From: a plasmid | Sequence record: NZ_CP090684.1 | DNA length: 64,000 bases | Direction: 5' to 3' (one strand) | Part shown: one piece after another, positions 1-12,054 of the stretch | Position numbering within the stretch: position 1 is the stretch's first letter | Layout: each line of letters begins with the position of its first letter | Translations under genes and position numbers: made by a program | The notes under the pieces: model-generated | The model's input: the letters and a program-made list of their open reading frames with translations, nothing else | Database searches by the model: none | What the model was told of the DNA's origin: nothing

Positions 1-212
1 GTCGAGCGATGAACCTCCTGATTTCGCGCGACGGCGGCCGGACTCGCCGGATAGTCGTGATTCGGGCTCGGGATCACGCCGTCGTGGCGCGCACGCACGA
101 GTTCCTGAAACACTTCCTGGCGGCTCTTCGGCTGCGCGGCCACGGCCTGCGAGAAGGCGGCAATCGACAGCGCGACGGCGGCAATGCCGATCAGCGGACG
201 CGGAATGTTCAT
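1..212 (-). CDS. DUF4148-like small periplasmic protein, 5' partial; ORF continues beyond window start
   Basis: Reverse translation from ATG (rc of cat at 210-212) gives MNIPRPLIGIAAVALSIAAFSQAVAAQPKSRQEVFQELVRARHDGVIPSPNHDYPA..., a signal peptide plus the same RHDG..YPP/NKELH-type motif as the paralogs at 2412 and 29655. Not in the ORF track because it runs off the window edge. Confidence 0.5.
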   Translation of the reverse strand, partial: MNIPRPLIGIAAVALSIAAFSQAVAAQPKSRQEVFQELVRARHDGVIPSPNHDYPASPAAVARNQEVHRS

Positions 213-528
213 GGGGTGGGCTCCTTACTGGAATTCCGTGACAGGAGCCGTCACTTTGATCCCGCGGCGGTGCGGATGCGTGACCGCTTCATGACGCTTT
301 CGTCACCGTCCGCGCATCTTGTACATCGCAGTACGAATCGAAATCACCGCATGTTTCCGCACGCATGACACCGCGATGACATTTTTCTCATTTGTCCATC
401 ACCTCCACGATCCGAACGCTTTCCAGAATCGCCACCGCAATCGCGATATTCCGGCCCGTCGCGACACAAGTTCGGCGCCGGCATCGAACGATGCACGAAA
501 CGATCACCTTCAACTTCAGGAACACACC

Positions 529-1689
529 ATGAATAATCCGGTTCGACTCGTCATGATGTCGGGAGCGCTGCTGACGACCGCGCATGCTGCGCATGCCACG
601 GAAGTGATGCTCTACGGCTTGTTCGATACTTCGCTTACGTATGTGTGGAATGCCGATGCGCAAGGCAAGAACCTCGTCGGCCTCGGTAACGGCAACCTGC
701 TCGGCAACCGCTTCGGCGTGAAAGGCGCGGAGGATCTCGGCGGCGGGCTGAAGGCGATCTTCACGCTGGAAAACGGCTTCAACCCAAACACCGGCGCGCT
801 CGGGCAAGGCAACCGGATGTTCGGCCGGCAGGCGTTCGTCGGGCTGGAAAGCGCGCGCTGGGGGACGCTGACGATCGGCCGCCAGTACGATGCGCTCGCC
901 GATGTCGCATGGCCGATCACCGGCGATTTCTACTTCGGCAGCGTGTACGCGACGCCCGGCGACGTCGACAACTACGACACGTCGTCGCGCACCGACAACG
1001 CGGTGAAGTACACGTCACCCGTGGTCGGCGGCTTCCAGTTCGTCGGCATGTACGCGCTTGGCGGCGTAGCCGGCAAGAGCGGCGCCGGGCAAACCTGGTC
1101 GGCCGGCCTGTCGTACAGCAACGGCCCGTTCGACGCGGCAGGCGGCTACTACTACGCGGCCAACCGTTCATCGCTCGCCAATGGCATCCGGACCGGGTGG
1201 AACGGCACATCGGACGGCACATTCGACGGGTCGCTCGTCAACGGTGGCTATATCTCCGCGAAATCGATCGGCATCGCGCGCGGTGCGTTGCGCTACACCT
1301 TCGCGCCGTTCACGGTCGGCATCGACTACAGCAATGCGCAGTACAAGGCCGATGCGACGTCGGCCTTTCGCGGCACGCAGAAGTACGACACCGCGCGCGG
1401 ATTCTTCAACTATCAGACAACAGCCAGCCTGCTCGTCGGCGTCGGTTACAGCTACACGAAGGCGCGCGGCGATACGAGCGCGACCTACCATCAGGTGTCC
1501 GCCGGCGCCGACTACGTGCTGTCAAAGCGCACCGATCTCTATGCAGTCGGCGCGTGGCAGCGCGCGAATGGCGAACAGCGCACGCTCGACGGCGGCACGC
1601 AGCCAGCGCAAGCGTCGATCGGTTCCTACGGCTACGGTGGTACGCGCACGCAGGGCATCATCAATCTCGGATTGCGCCACCGGTTCTGA
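529..1689 (+). CDS. Gram-negative general porin (Burkholderia OpcP/Omp38 family)
   Basis: Within track ORF 319..1689; ATG at 529 (MNNPVRLVMMSGALLTTAHAAHA signal peptide). Beta-barrel porin hallmarks: alternating Gly/aromatic stretches and the C-terminal motif ...LGLRHRF ending in Phe. Confidence 0.85.
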   Translation: MNNPVRLVMMSGALLTTAHAAHATEVMLYGLFDTSLTYVWNADAQGKNLVGLGNGNLLGNRFGVKGAEDLGGGLKAIFTLENGFNPNTGALGQGNRMFGRQAFVGLESARWGTLTIGRQYDALADVAWPITGDFYFGSVYATPGDVDNYDTSSRTDNAVKYTSPVVGGFQFVGMYALGGVAGKSGAGQTWSAGLSYSNGPFDAAGGYYYAANRSSLANGIRTGWNGTSDGTFDGSLVNGGYISAKSIGIARGALRYTFAPFTVGIDYSNAQYKADATSAFRGTQKYDTARGFFNYQTTASLLVGVGYSYTKARGDTSATYHQVSAGADYVLSKRTDLYAVGAWQRANGEQRTLDGGTQPAQASIGSYGYGGTRTQGIINLGLRHRF

Positions 1690-1843
1690 ATCACGGCGAT
1701 CAACCATGCGGGCCGTGTGACGAAAATTTCATGTTCCGATCAACTTCGCGATGTGTCGTGGCGCTACGATCGGAACGGTGGCGGGCCCTGCCCGCTCCCA
1801 TCCACGCAGCGGGTCGCTGCCACACGGCACGATCACGCATTGG

Positions 1844-1876
1844 GCCCGGACTCATCGAGTACCGGGCTTTTTTTTG
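1844..1876 (+). terminator. Rho-independent terminator downstream of porin
   Basis: GCCCGG-(12 nt loop)-CCGGGC stem followed by a T9 run (accgggcttttttttt). Confidence 0.5.
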
Positions 1877-1888
1877 GGCGTTCGACGA

Positions 1889-2116
1889 TCACGGCCTGGA
1901 ATTAGACTGCGGGAACAGGCATGGATGCGTCTTAACATGCATGTTCGGATTACCGCAGCGATGCCCGGCGTAGTCTACCTGCTCGCCCGGCATCAGATTG
2001 GCCGGTGCCGCCTTGCGGGCGGCGGCAGTGGTATCGGAACGAGTCGATACGCAGCCCGCGTACAACGGGACGGTCAGGGCTGCGATCAAGGCGAGGCGAA
2101 TGGCGGGACGAGGCAA
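1889..2116 (-). CDS. Possible small lipoprotein (TTG start), weak call
   Basis: Track ORF 1889..2206(-). An internal TTG gives (M)PRPAIRLALIAALTVPLYAGC..., a lipobox-like LYAGC. No strong SD; could be spurious. Confidence 0.2.
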   Translation of the reverse strand: MPRPAIRLALIAALTVPLYAGCVSTRSDTTAAARKAAPANLMPGEQVDYAGHRCGNPNMHVKTHPCLFPQSNSRP

Positions 2117-2411
2117 TTTCCGGTCCGGAATGAAGGTCTGAACGACGCCGCCCGCGATCGATGCGGCTGTCGCGATCGGCACGAATGCCGCCGGCGCATC
2201 GGCCAACGGCGGGCTTCATGTTCCGCTTCCCGCTCATCGCATCCGTGACGCGAACATGACGATTGCGTCATATCGACCGAGTCCGTCCAGTACATCCCGC
2301 ACCTCGCAATCTGACGCATTTTTCATCTCGCTATCACGATCACGCACGGCTGCTTTCGCATACTGGGTCCATGGTTCGCCACCCGGCGGCCCTGATCAAG
2401 GAGAGCACTCG

Positions 2412-2696
2412 ATGAAAACGGCAAAACTCGCAGCACTGTTCGTCACCGCCACGCTGTCGCTCGGCATGGCCACGCAGGCCGCGTTCGCCCAAACGCAAAC
2501 GCAGGGCAAGTCCCGCACGCAGGTGATCAACGAACTGAAGCAGGCGCAGCACGACGGCATCGTGCCGATCAACAAGACGCAGTACCCGCCGACCGCCGAG
2601 GTCGTCGCGCGCAACAAGGAACTGCACGGGATTTCGGTCCATGGCGGCGAGAAGAAGCCGCAGACCGACAACCACGACGCCCTCGCCGCGAAGTAA
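2412..2696 (+). CDS. DUF4148-like small secreted protein
   Basis: ATG at 2412 preceded by AAGGAG; MKTAKLAALFVTATLSLGMATQAAFA signal peptide; QAQHDGIVP...YPPTAEVVARNKELH motif shared with two paralogs in the window. Confidence 0.75.
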   Translation: MKTAKLAALFVTATLSLGMATQAAFAQTQTQGKSRTQVINELKQAQHDGIVPINKTQYPPTAEVVARNKELHGISVHGGEKKPQTDNHDALAAK

Positions 2697-2778
2697 TGAA
2701 CCGCAGCCACACGGCCGCCGGCGACGCGCCGCGCGAGGCCGCCTTGCGGCGAACGCGCGGGAGTGTCCGCCCGCGCTG

Positions 2779-4185
2779 TCAGGTGCTGATGGCGGCCGGC
2801 CGTCGCGGAAAGCGCAGCCAGAAGGTCGTGCGGCGGCCCGGCTCGCTGTCGACGCCGCATTCGCCGCCGTGATTGTCCATGATAGACCGGACGATCGCGA
2901 GGCCGAGCCCCGTGCCCGACGCCGAATTGTGGCGCGACGGATCGACGCGATAAAAACGCTCGAAAATCCGCCCGACGTGCTCCGCCGCGATGCCGGGCCC
3001 CGTATCCGACACGGCGATCGTCGTCGCACCGCCCTGCTCGACGCAATCGATCGTCACGACGCTGCCGCGCGGCGCATAGGTCAGCGCATTCGACAGCAGG
3101 TTGCTCAACGCGCGCTGGTACAGCGTCAGGTCCGCATCGACCCACGCATGGCCGTCGACCTTCACCGTCACGCCCGCGTCTTCCGCAAGCGGCTCGTAGT
3201 AGCCGGCCACCCGCTCCGCCTCCTCCGCCGCGTTCAGGCGCCGCACATCGATCGACGTGCCGGCCTGCTCCGAACGCGCGAGAAACAGCATGTCCTCGAT
3301 CATTCGCGACAGCCGCTGGTATTCGTCGATGCTCGACTCGATCACGCTCCGGTATTCGTCCGCGCTGCGCGGTTGCGACAGCACGACCTGCGCGGCCGCC
3401 TGCAGGTTCGTCAGCGGCGTGCGCATGTCGTGCGCAAGATTCGACGAGAACTGGCTCAGCCGCGTGAACGATTCGTTCAGCCGCGCGAGCATCCCGTTGA
3501 ACGCATGCTCGAGCTCCTTCAGCTCGCCGGACGTATCGAGTTCCGGCAGCGGATGCGCGAGCCGGCTCGACGACATCTGCTCCGCGCGCGCCGCGAACCG
3601 CCGCAGCGGGCTCAGCCCGAGCGCGGCGATGCCGTATGCGATCGCGGCCGCAAGCACCACGCCGAACACCTCGATCACGACGATCGTATAGGCATGCGTG
3701 CGCAGCAGCAGCACGTCGGCGCTGCGATCGTACTGCACGGCGACGCGCACCACCGGCGCACCCGCGCCGGCGAGCGGCACGGTCGTCAGCAGATACTGGT
3801 GTCTTGCGCCGGGCGGGGCGATGCCGACCGGCACGCGCCCGGCGTTCGTCAACATCAGCGGCGCGTACGGACGGAAGCCGGGCGTGCCGACGAGGCGCGT
3901 ACCGGCGGCATCGAAGATCGCGAGATCCATGTTCGGATGACCGTGCAACTGGTCGATCCAGATATCGGTGTTGCGCGCGACGTCGGCCGTCGTGCGCGCC
4001 TCGGCCAGGTGTGCGCCCAATGCGGCGGAAATACCGGCCATCTGCTCGGCTGCCGTCGTTTCGACACGGTTGCTCAGCGCTTCGTACAATGCGACGCCGC
4101 TCGACGCGAGGATCACCGACGTCGACAGGATGATCAGCGCGGTCAGCCGGCCGCGCAGCGTCCGCGGCAGCAGGCGCGCGATCAT
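2779..4185 (-). CDS. czcS: Heavy-metal sensor histidine kinase (CzcS/CusS family)
   Basis: Frame of track ORF 2779..4395; likely start at [10 protein letters not shown] (ATG 4185-4183), overlapping the upstream regulator stop by ATGA. Motifs [19 protein letters not shown] (H-box) and the C-terminal HATPase G-boxes GTGLGLAIV; two TM segments flank a periplasmic domain. Confidence 0.85.
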   Translation of the reverse strand: MIARLLPRTLRGRLTALIILSTSVILASSGVALYEALSNRVETTAAEQMAGISAALGAHLAEARTTADVARNTDIWIDQLHGHPNMDLAIFDAAGTRLVGTPGFRPYAPLMLTNAGRVPVGIAPPGARHQYLLTTVPLAGAGAPVVRVAVQYDRSADVLLLRTHAYTIVVIEVFGVVLAAAIAYGIAALGLSPLRRFAARAEQMSSSRLAHPLPELDTSGELKELEHAFNGMLARLNESFTRLSQFSSNLAHDMRTPLTNLQAAAQVVLSQPRSADEYRSVIESSIDEYQRLSRMIEDMLFLARSEQAGTSIDVRRLNAAEEAERVAGYYEPLAEDAGVTVKVDGHAWVDADLTLYQRALSNLLSNALTYAPRGSVVTIDCVEQGGATTIAVSDTGPGIAAEHVGRIFERFYRVDPSRHNSASGTGLGLAIVRSIMDNHGGECGVDSEPGRRTTFWLRFPRRPAAIST

Positions 4186-4864
4186 GCGGCCGCGCCGCCG
4201 CGCGCTTCGAGCACGTAGCCCATGCCGCGCACCGTGTGGATCAGCTTCGGTTCGTACGCGTCGTCGATCTTCGAGCGCAGCCGGCGGATCGCCGAATCGA
4301 CGACGTTCGTGTCGCTGTTGAAGTTCATGTCCCACACCTGCGACGCGATCGTCGCGCGCGGCAGGATCTCCCCTTCGCGGCGCATCAGCAGCCACAGCAG
4401 CGCGAACTCCTTCGCGGTCAGCAGGATCGTGTCGCCCTGCCGCGTGGCCTTGCGGCGGGTCAGGTCGAGTTCGAGATCGGCCACGCGCAGCGTGTTCGAA
4501 TCGCGCGGCTGGCCGCGCCGCAGGATCGACTTGATGCGCGCGGTCAGCTCGACGAAGTCGAACGGCTTCGCGAGATAGTCGTCCGCGCCGAGCTCGAGCC
4601 CCTTCACGCGATCGCCGACGTCGTCACGGGCAGTGAGGAACAGCACGGGCGTCGATTTGCTGCGCCGCAGGTTCTGCAGCAGCGTCCAGCCGTCCTGCCC
4701 GGGCAGCATCACGTCGAGCACGAGCAGGTCGTACTCCTCCGTTTCGGCCTGGTGCTGGCCCGTGATGCCGTCCTCGACCCAGTCGACGACGTAGCCGGCC
4801 TCGGTCAGGCCCTTGCGCAGATACGCGCCCGTCTTCGGTTCATCCTCGACAATCAGAATTCGCA

Positions 4865-4865
<1 letters not shown>
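4182..4865 (-). CDS. czcR: OmpR-family heavy-metal response regulator (CzcR/CusR/CopR family)
   Basis: [11 protein letters not shown]...[14 protein letters not shown] receiver domain plus a winged-helix C-terminus ([12 protein letters not shown]...TVRGMGYVL). The track start is GTG; the ATG is one codon downstream. Stop overlaps the kinase start (ATGA). Confidence 0.9.
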
Positions 4866-8110
<3,245 letters not shown>

Positions 8111-8205
8111 TCACCGGACGGGCCGCGCGGCCGGTCACCCGGCCGACCGGAAAGCAGGCCGCATAGCGGGCCGCCAGTCGCGCCACGGCGCACGCGTATT
8201 GCTGC

Positions 8206-9681
8206 TCATTCATGTTCCGCGCTCCCCTTGCCGAGCTCCGCCTTCAGCACGAAGCTGTTCGACGCCGCGTATTCCTGGCCGGGCTGGAGCCCCTTCAGCA
8301 CTTCCGTCGCGCGTTCGTCGCGCCGCCCCGTTTCGACGGCCTGCGCGACGAAGCCCTTCGGCGAGCGCACGAACACCGACGGCGCACCGTCGACGTCCTG
8401 CAGCGCGTCGCTCGCGACCGCGATCGGCACGCCCTGCCTGCCCGCGTCGACCGACACGTTCACGAACATTCCCGGGCGCCACACGCGATCCGGGTTCGGC
8501 AGCACGACACGCGCCGGCGCGGTGCGCGTCTGCTCGCCGAGCAGCGACCCCACGTAAGCGATCGGGCCGCTCGAACGCGATTCGAACGCGGTCGCGCTCA
8601 CCGTGGCATCGCGACCGACGCGCACGTCGTTGAGCCGCTGCGCGGGCACCGCCATCTCGGCCCACACGGTCGACAGGTCGGAGATCACGAACATGCTCGC
8701 GTCGGCGGCAATCGCCTCGCCGGGTGTCGCATGCTTCTCGACGATCGTGCCCGCGAACGGCGCGCGCAGTTCATAACGGTTCAGCGCACCCGCGCCGACC
8801 GGCGCATTCAGCGCGGCGAGCTTCTGCCGCGCGTTCTGCACGGCGATCTCGGCCTCGCGCAACTGCACCTGCGCCTGCTGGTAATCCTGCTCGGCAGAAA
8901 TACGCTCCTGCCACAGCGTGCGTTCGCGTTCGTAGGTTGCGCGCGCCCCCGCCAGACGGCGCTCGGCCGTCAGCAGCTCGCTGCGGCGGTCGGCCAGATC
9001 GGTGCTCGCGATCACCGCGAGCACCTGCCCTTTCGCGACGTTCTGGCCGAGCGACACCGACACCTGCTCGACGATGCCGGCCACGCGCGGCACCACGTGC
9101 GCGGTGCGATCCTCGTTGAACTTGATCTCGCCCGGCAACTGGAACGGCGTCGCGATCTGCGCGGGGCCGGCTTTCGCGAGCGCGATCCTCGACGTCGCCA
9201 GTTGTGCGTCGGTCAGCGCGATCGCACCGTCGGCGCGCGCGAACGGGAACGACGCGGCGTCGTTGCCGGACTTCACGTCGATCGTCGCATCGAACACGTG
9301 TGGTTTCGCGATCGACTGCGCGGACACGAACTTTTGGCCGGCCGCGTCGAATCGCAACGGTTCGTGCGTGCGATCGTAGCGCACCAGCGTGCCGGACACG
9401 GTCACGCCCTGGGTCGCCGGCTTGTCGTCGACGAACGGATAGACGACGAGCCGCGCGTCGCCGGGCTTTTCCGTCATCACGATCTCGACCGACAGCTTGC
9501 CGCGCTTGAGCACGACACCGCCGCGCGCGCCGACGCCGGCGGCGTCGGTCGGCTGCGCGGTTTCGGCGGCGGTCGGCGCCGACGCGCCGCTGCCGCCCCG
9601 CGTGACGGCGAGCGCGCCAATCACGATCCCTGCGCCGCCGAGCACGGCCGCCGCAATAACGAAGATTCTGCTGCGTGACAT
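8206..9681 (-). CDS. czcB: RND membrane fusion protein (CzcB/HlyD family)
   Basis: Track ORF 8206..9870; true start MSRSRIFVIAAAVLGG (ATG ends at 9681) preceded by GGAGGA. Coiled-coil region (ELLTAERRLAGARATYERERTLWQERISAEQDYQQAQVQLREAE) and a biotin-lipoyl-like fold. Confidence 0.85.
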   Translation of the reverse strand: MSRSRIFVIAAAVLGGAGIVIGALAVTRGGSGASAPTAAETAQPTDAAGVGARGGVVLKRGKLSVEIVMTEKPGDARLVVYPFVDDKPATQGVTVSGTLVRYDRTHEPLRFDAAGQKFVSAQSIAKPHVFDATIDVKSGNDAASFPFARADGAIALTDAQLATSRIALAKAGPAQIATPFQLPGEIKFNEDRTAHVVPRVAGIVEQVSVSLGQNVAKGQVLAVIASTDLADRRSELLTAERRLAGARATYERERTLWQERISAEQDYQQAQVQLREAEIAVQNARQKLAALNAPVGAGALNRYELRAPFAGTIVEKHATPGEAIAADASMFVISDLSTVWAEMAVPAQRLNDVRVGRDATVSATAFESRSSGPIAYVGSLLGEQTRTAPARVVLPNPDRVWRPGMFVNVSVDAGRQGVPIAVASDALQDVDGAPSVFVRSPKGFVAQAVETGRRDERATEVLKGLQPGQEYAASNSFVLKAELGKGSAEHE

Positions 9682-9706
9682 GATGATCCTCCAGTAAGAG
9701 GCGCGC

Positions 9707-11014
9707 TTATTGCGCGACGGCCGCGAGCGGCGTGCCGACGAGCCGGCCGATATCGGCGCGGGCCGCATGGGCGCCGGCGAGCGCACGGACGTATTGCGAC
9801 TGGCCCTGGAACAGCGTGCGCTGCGCGTCGAGCACGTCGAGGAAGCTGAACTTCCCGAGTTCGTAGCCACGCCACATCGCGTCGAGCGCGAGGCGCGCGG
9901 CCGGCAGGATGTCGGACTTCAGCCGCTGCGCTTCCTGCTCGGCCGCCTCGAAATTCGCGTATGCCTGCGTCAACTCCAGCCGCAGGCGGGTGCGTTCGCG
10001 ATCGAGATCGGCGTTCGCGCGCTCGGCCTTGTGCGTCGCCTCGAGCAGCGCGCCCTTGTTCGTGTTGAACAGCGGAATCGGGATCGACACGCCGACCACC
10101 GCCTGGTTGTTCGGCACGCCGCCGGTGGTCACGCGCTTCACGCCGGCGCTGACCGTCACGTCCGGAATGCGCCGCGCGCGTTCGAGCGATATGGCCGCGT
10201 TCGAGCGCAGCATCTCGGCGCGCGCGACCCGCGCGAGCGGCGCATCGTCGAGTTGCGCGGTCAGCGCGGACAACGGCTCGACCGGCGGCACGGTTTCCAG
10301 GTCGCCGAGCACCGCAAGCCGGTCGTTGCGCGCCTCGCCCATCACCGCGTTCAGTTTCTCGCGCGCGACCTCGACACGGCCGCGCGCGGTCACGACTTCG
10401 ATCTGCACGCCGGCCGCCGCGACCTGCGCCTTGGTCGCCTCGACCGGCGACACCTTGCCGGCCTGCGCGCGACGCCCCGCGAGATCCGCCGAACGCGCGG
10501 CGATCGCGGCCGATTCTTCGGTCACCTGAAGCTGGCGCTGCGCGGCGAGCAGCCCGTAGAACGCGGCGATCACGTCGGCGCGCACGGCGGCGCCCTGCTC
10601 GTCGAGCGACGCGCTGGCCGCCTCCCGGCCGTACGACGCGACGTCGAGCCGTGCGCGGCGCTTGCCGCCCAACTCGATGGTCTGGTTGATCAGCGCGGTG
10701 GACGTGCGTTCGGCGCGACTGAAGCCTTCCTGCAGGAACGACACTTCGGGGTTCGGCCGCGCGCCGGCCTGCATCAGCACGCCGGCCGATGCATCGACAT
10801 CCGCGCGTGCGCCGCGCAGCGCCGGATTGTTCCGGGCCGCGACCGCGAGCGCGTCGGACAACGTCAACGACGACGCAGGAAGCGCATCGGACGGCGGTGC
10901 GCCGATCGGCGCGGCGGCGGCACCCGGGGCCGGCCCCGGCGACAGCGATGGCTGCGCATGAGCCGTCGCGGCCATCGCGAACACGATGGCCAGGGCGAGG
11001 TTGGGTTTGAGCAT
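9707..11014 (-). CDS. czcC: Outer-membrane efflux protein (CzcC/TolC family)
   Basis: Track ORF 9707..11077; start MLKPNLALAIVFAMAATAHA signal peptide (ATG ends at 11014). Duplicated TolC repeat architecture. Gene order czcC-czcB-czcA on the same strand. Confidence 0.85.
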   Translation of the reverse strand: MLKPNLALAIVFAMAATAHAQPSLSPGPAPGAAAAPIGAPPSDALPASSLTLSDALAVAARNNPALRGARADVDASAGVLMQAGARPNPEVSFLQEGFSRAERTSTALINQTIELGGKRRARLDVASYGREAASASLDEQGAAVRADVIAAFYGLLAAQRQLQVTEESAAIAARSADLAGRRAQAGKVSPVEATKAQVAAAGVQIEVVTARGRVEVAREKLNAVMGEARNDRLAVLGDLETVPPVEPLSALTAQLDDAPLARVARAEMLRSNAAISLERARRIPDVTVSAGVKRVTTGGVPNNQAVVGVSIPIPLFNTNKGALLEATHKAERANADLDRERTRLRLELTQAYANFEAAEQEAQRLKSDILPAARLALDAMWRGYELGKFSFLDVLDAQRTLFQGQSQYVRALAGAHAARADIGRLVGTPLAAVAQ

Positions 11015-11070
11015 GTTGGTCCTGCGGTAACGGTTTGTGACCGATGCTACGATCACGCCGCAGCGCGAAC

Positions 11071-11098
11071 ATGACACGGTGATGACGTTTCCGTCATC
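11071..11098. promoter_or_regulatory. Candidate response-regulator box upstream of czcC: ATGAC-N6-ATGAC direct repeat overlapping palindrome GATGACG-TTTC-CGTCATC
   Basis: Read directly: atgacacggtgatgacgtttccgtcatc, 57-84 bp upstream of the czcC ATG. The same ATGAC-N6-ATGAC architecture recurs at 23795-23826. Confidence 0.3.
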
Positions 11099-11177
11099 TT
11101 GGGAGAGTCAAGAAAGCACTTCGGAAACCCACGGCTGGGGTAAAGGTTGTGTGAAAGTCTCGCTGCCCATCGATCAT

Positions 11178-11945
11178 CAGATCTTTCTCTGGTACGCGCG
11201 CGGCGCCAGTTCCTCGGCCCTTTCCTAGCGCTCGCTGTATCGGTCGACCAGATTTGGGCCGTCGTCTCGGGTAGAGTGAACTTGACTGGCTCCTCCATAA
11301 CGTCAACGAGCCGATCGTAATGGGCCGACGGCTTCGTCCGCCCTGCTTCGTCGAATTCCGCGAACGCCTTGGCCGACGACGACTGGTTCGGGATCATCAG
11401 CATGCGCATCCAGCCTCAGAGCATGCGCATCCGGTTTACAGCGTTGAACGACTGAGATCCGCCGCCCACCTGCATCACCGCGAGCGTCTTGCCCTGCTTC
11501 GGCCGCACCGCGCCGACCGACGAAGGAATCCAGTCGATCCGTGATTTCATGATGCCGGTCATTGCGCCGTGCCGTTCCGGCGAGCACTACACTATGCCTT
11601 CCGCTCACGTCACCACCCCGCGCAACCCGGCCACCTTCGGGTGGCTCTCGGGTGCAAAATCGGACGAAGGCCGCCCACTTGGATTGAACACGCGTACCCG
11701 GCACCAATCGCTGTGAACGGCGGCGCAGCTTCCTCGACCGGCAAGCAGCTGAACAAGCGTTCATGCAGGGAGCCGTGCAGAAGCACGAGCCGGGGCGGAT
11801 GGGTCGACGGTGGCGTCGGCCGCGCCTTCCGGCACGAGGATCAGCGTGGTGTCGAACTGAGGCGGGTCGTCCAATTGTTCAGACGCGCTTGCCCTCCGCA
11901 TCGGTTACGACTCCGCCGCCTTCCTTGGTGCACGGACCTCTCTGC
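11178..11945 (-). pseudogene. arsH: Decayed inverted copy of arsC(3' end)-arsH: arsH pseudogene with three in-frame stops and frameshifts, preceded by the last ~23 codons of a Grx-type arsC
   Basis: Minus-strand translation aligns codon-by-codon with the intact arsH at 19835..20572 (...[14 protein letters not shown](R/Q)IDWIP..., ...[12 protein letters not shown](T/M)KPS...). Three in-frame stops: TGG>TGA, TGG>TAG and GGA>TGA. There is also an 8-nt deletion near the N-terminus and a 3' frameshift. At 11886-11945 the sequence tacccgcagagaggtccgtgcaccaaggaaggcggcggagtcgtaaccgatgcggagggcaagcgcgtctga mirrors the arsC end at 19790-19857. Confidence 0.7.
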
Positions 11946-12054
11946 GGGTAGGCAATCGTCGGTCAGGTCACCGGTACCGTCCGCGGTCTGCATTAACTAC
12001 CCTGGCTCACTGTCTTCGGAAGGCATGGCGGTCCCCCCTCCCATTGTTTTAACG

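Noticed and set aside
9-368. 119-aa plus-strand ORF at window start
   Set aside because: Overlaps the better-supported minus-strand DUF4148-like gene; Arg-rich composition and no SD.
2641-4218. 525-aa track ORF on the plus strand opposite the sensor kinase (and similar long antisense ORFs 4949..6367, 5184..6167, 6644..8092, 9710..11074, 34115..35686, 36712..38124, 49047..50672, 25806..26702)
   Set aside because: Arg/Ala/Gly-rich, low-complexity translations lying entirely inside well-supported genes on the other strand; typical open antisense frames in high-GC DNA.
11053-11764. Track ORFs 11053..11409(-) and 11303..11764(-) as separate genes
   Set aside because: They are fragments or alternate frames of the decayed arsH copy, created by its internal stops and frameshifts.
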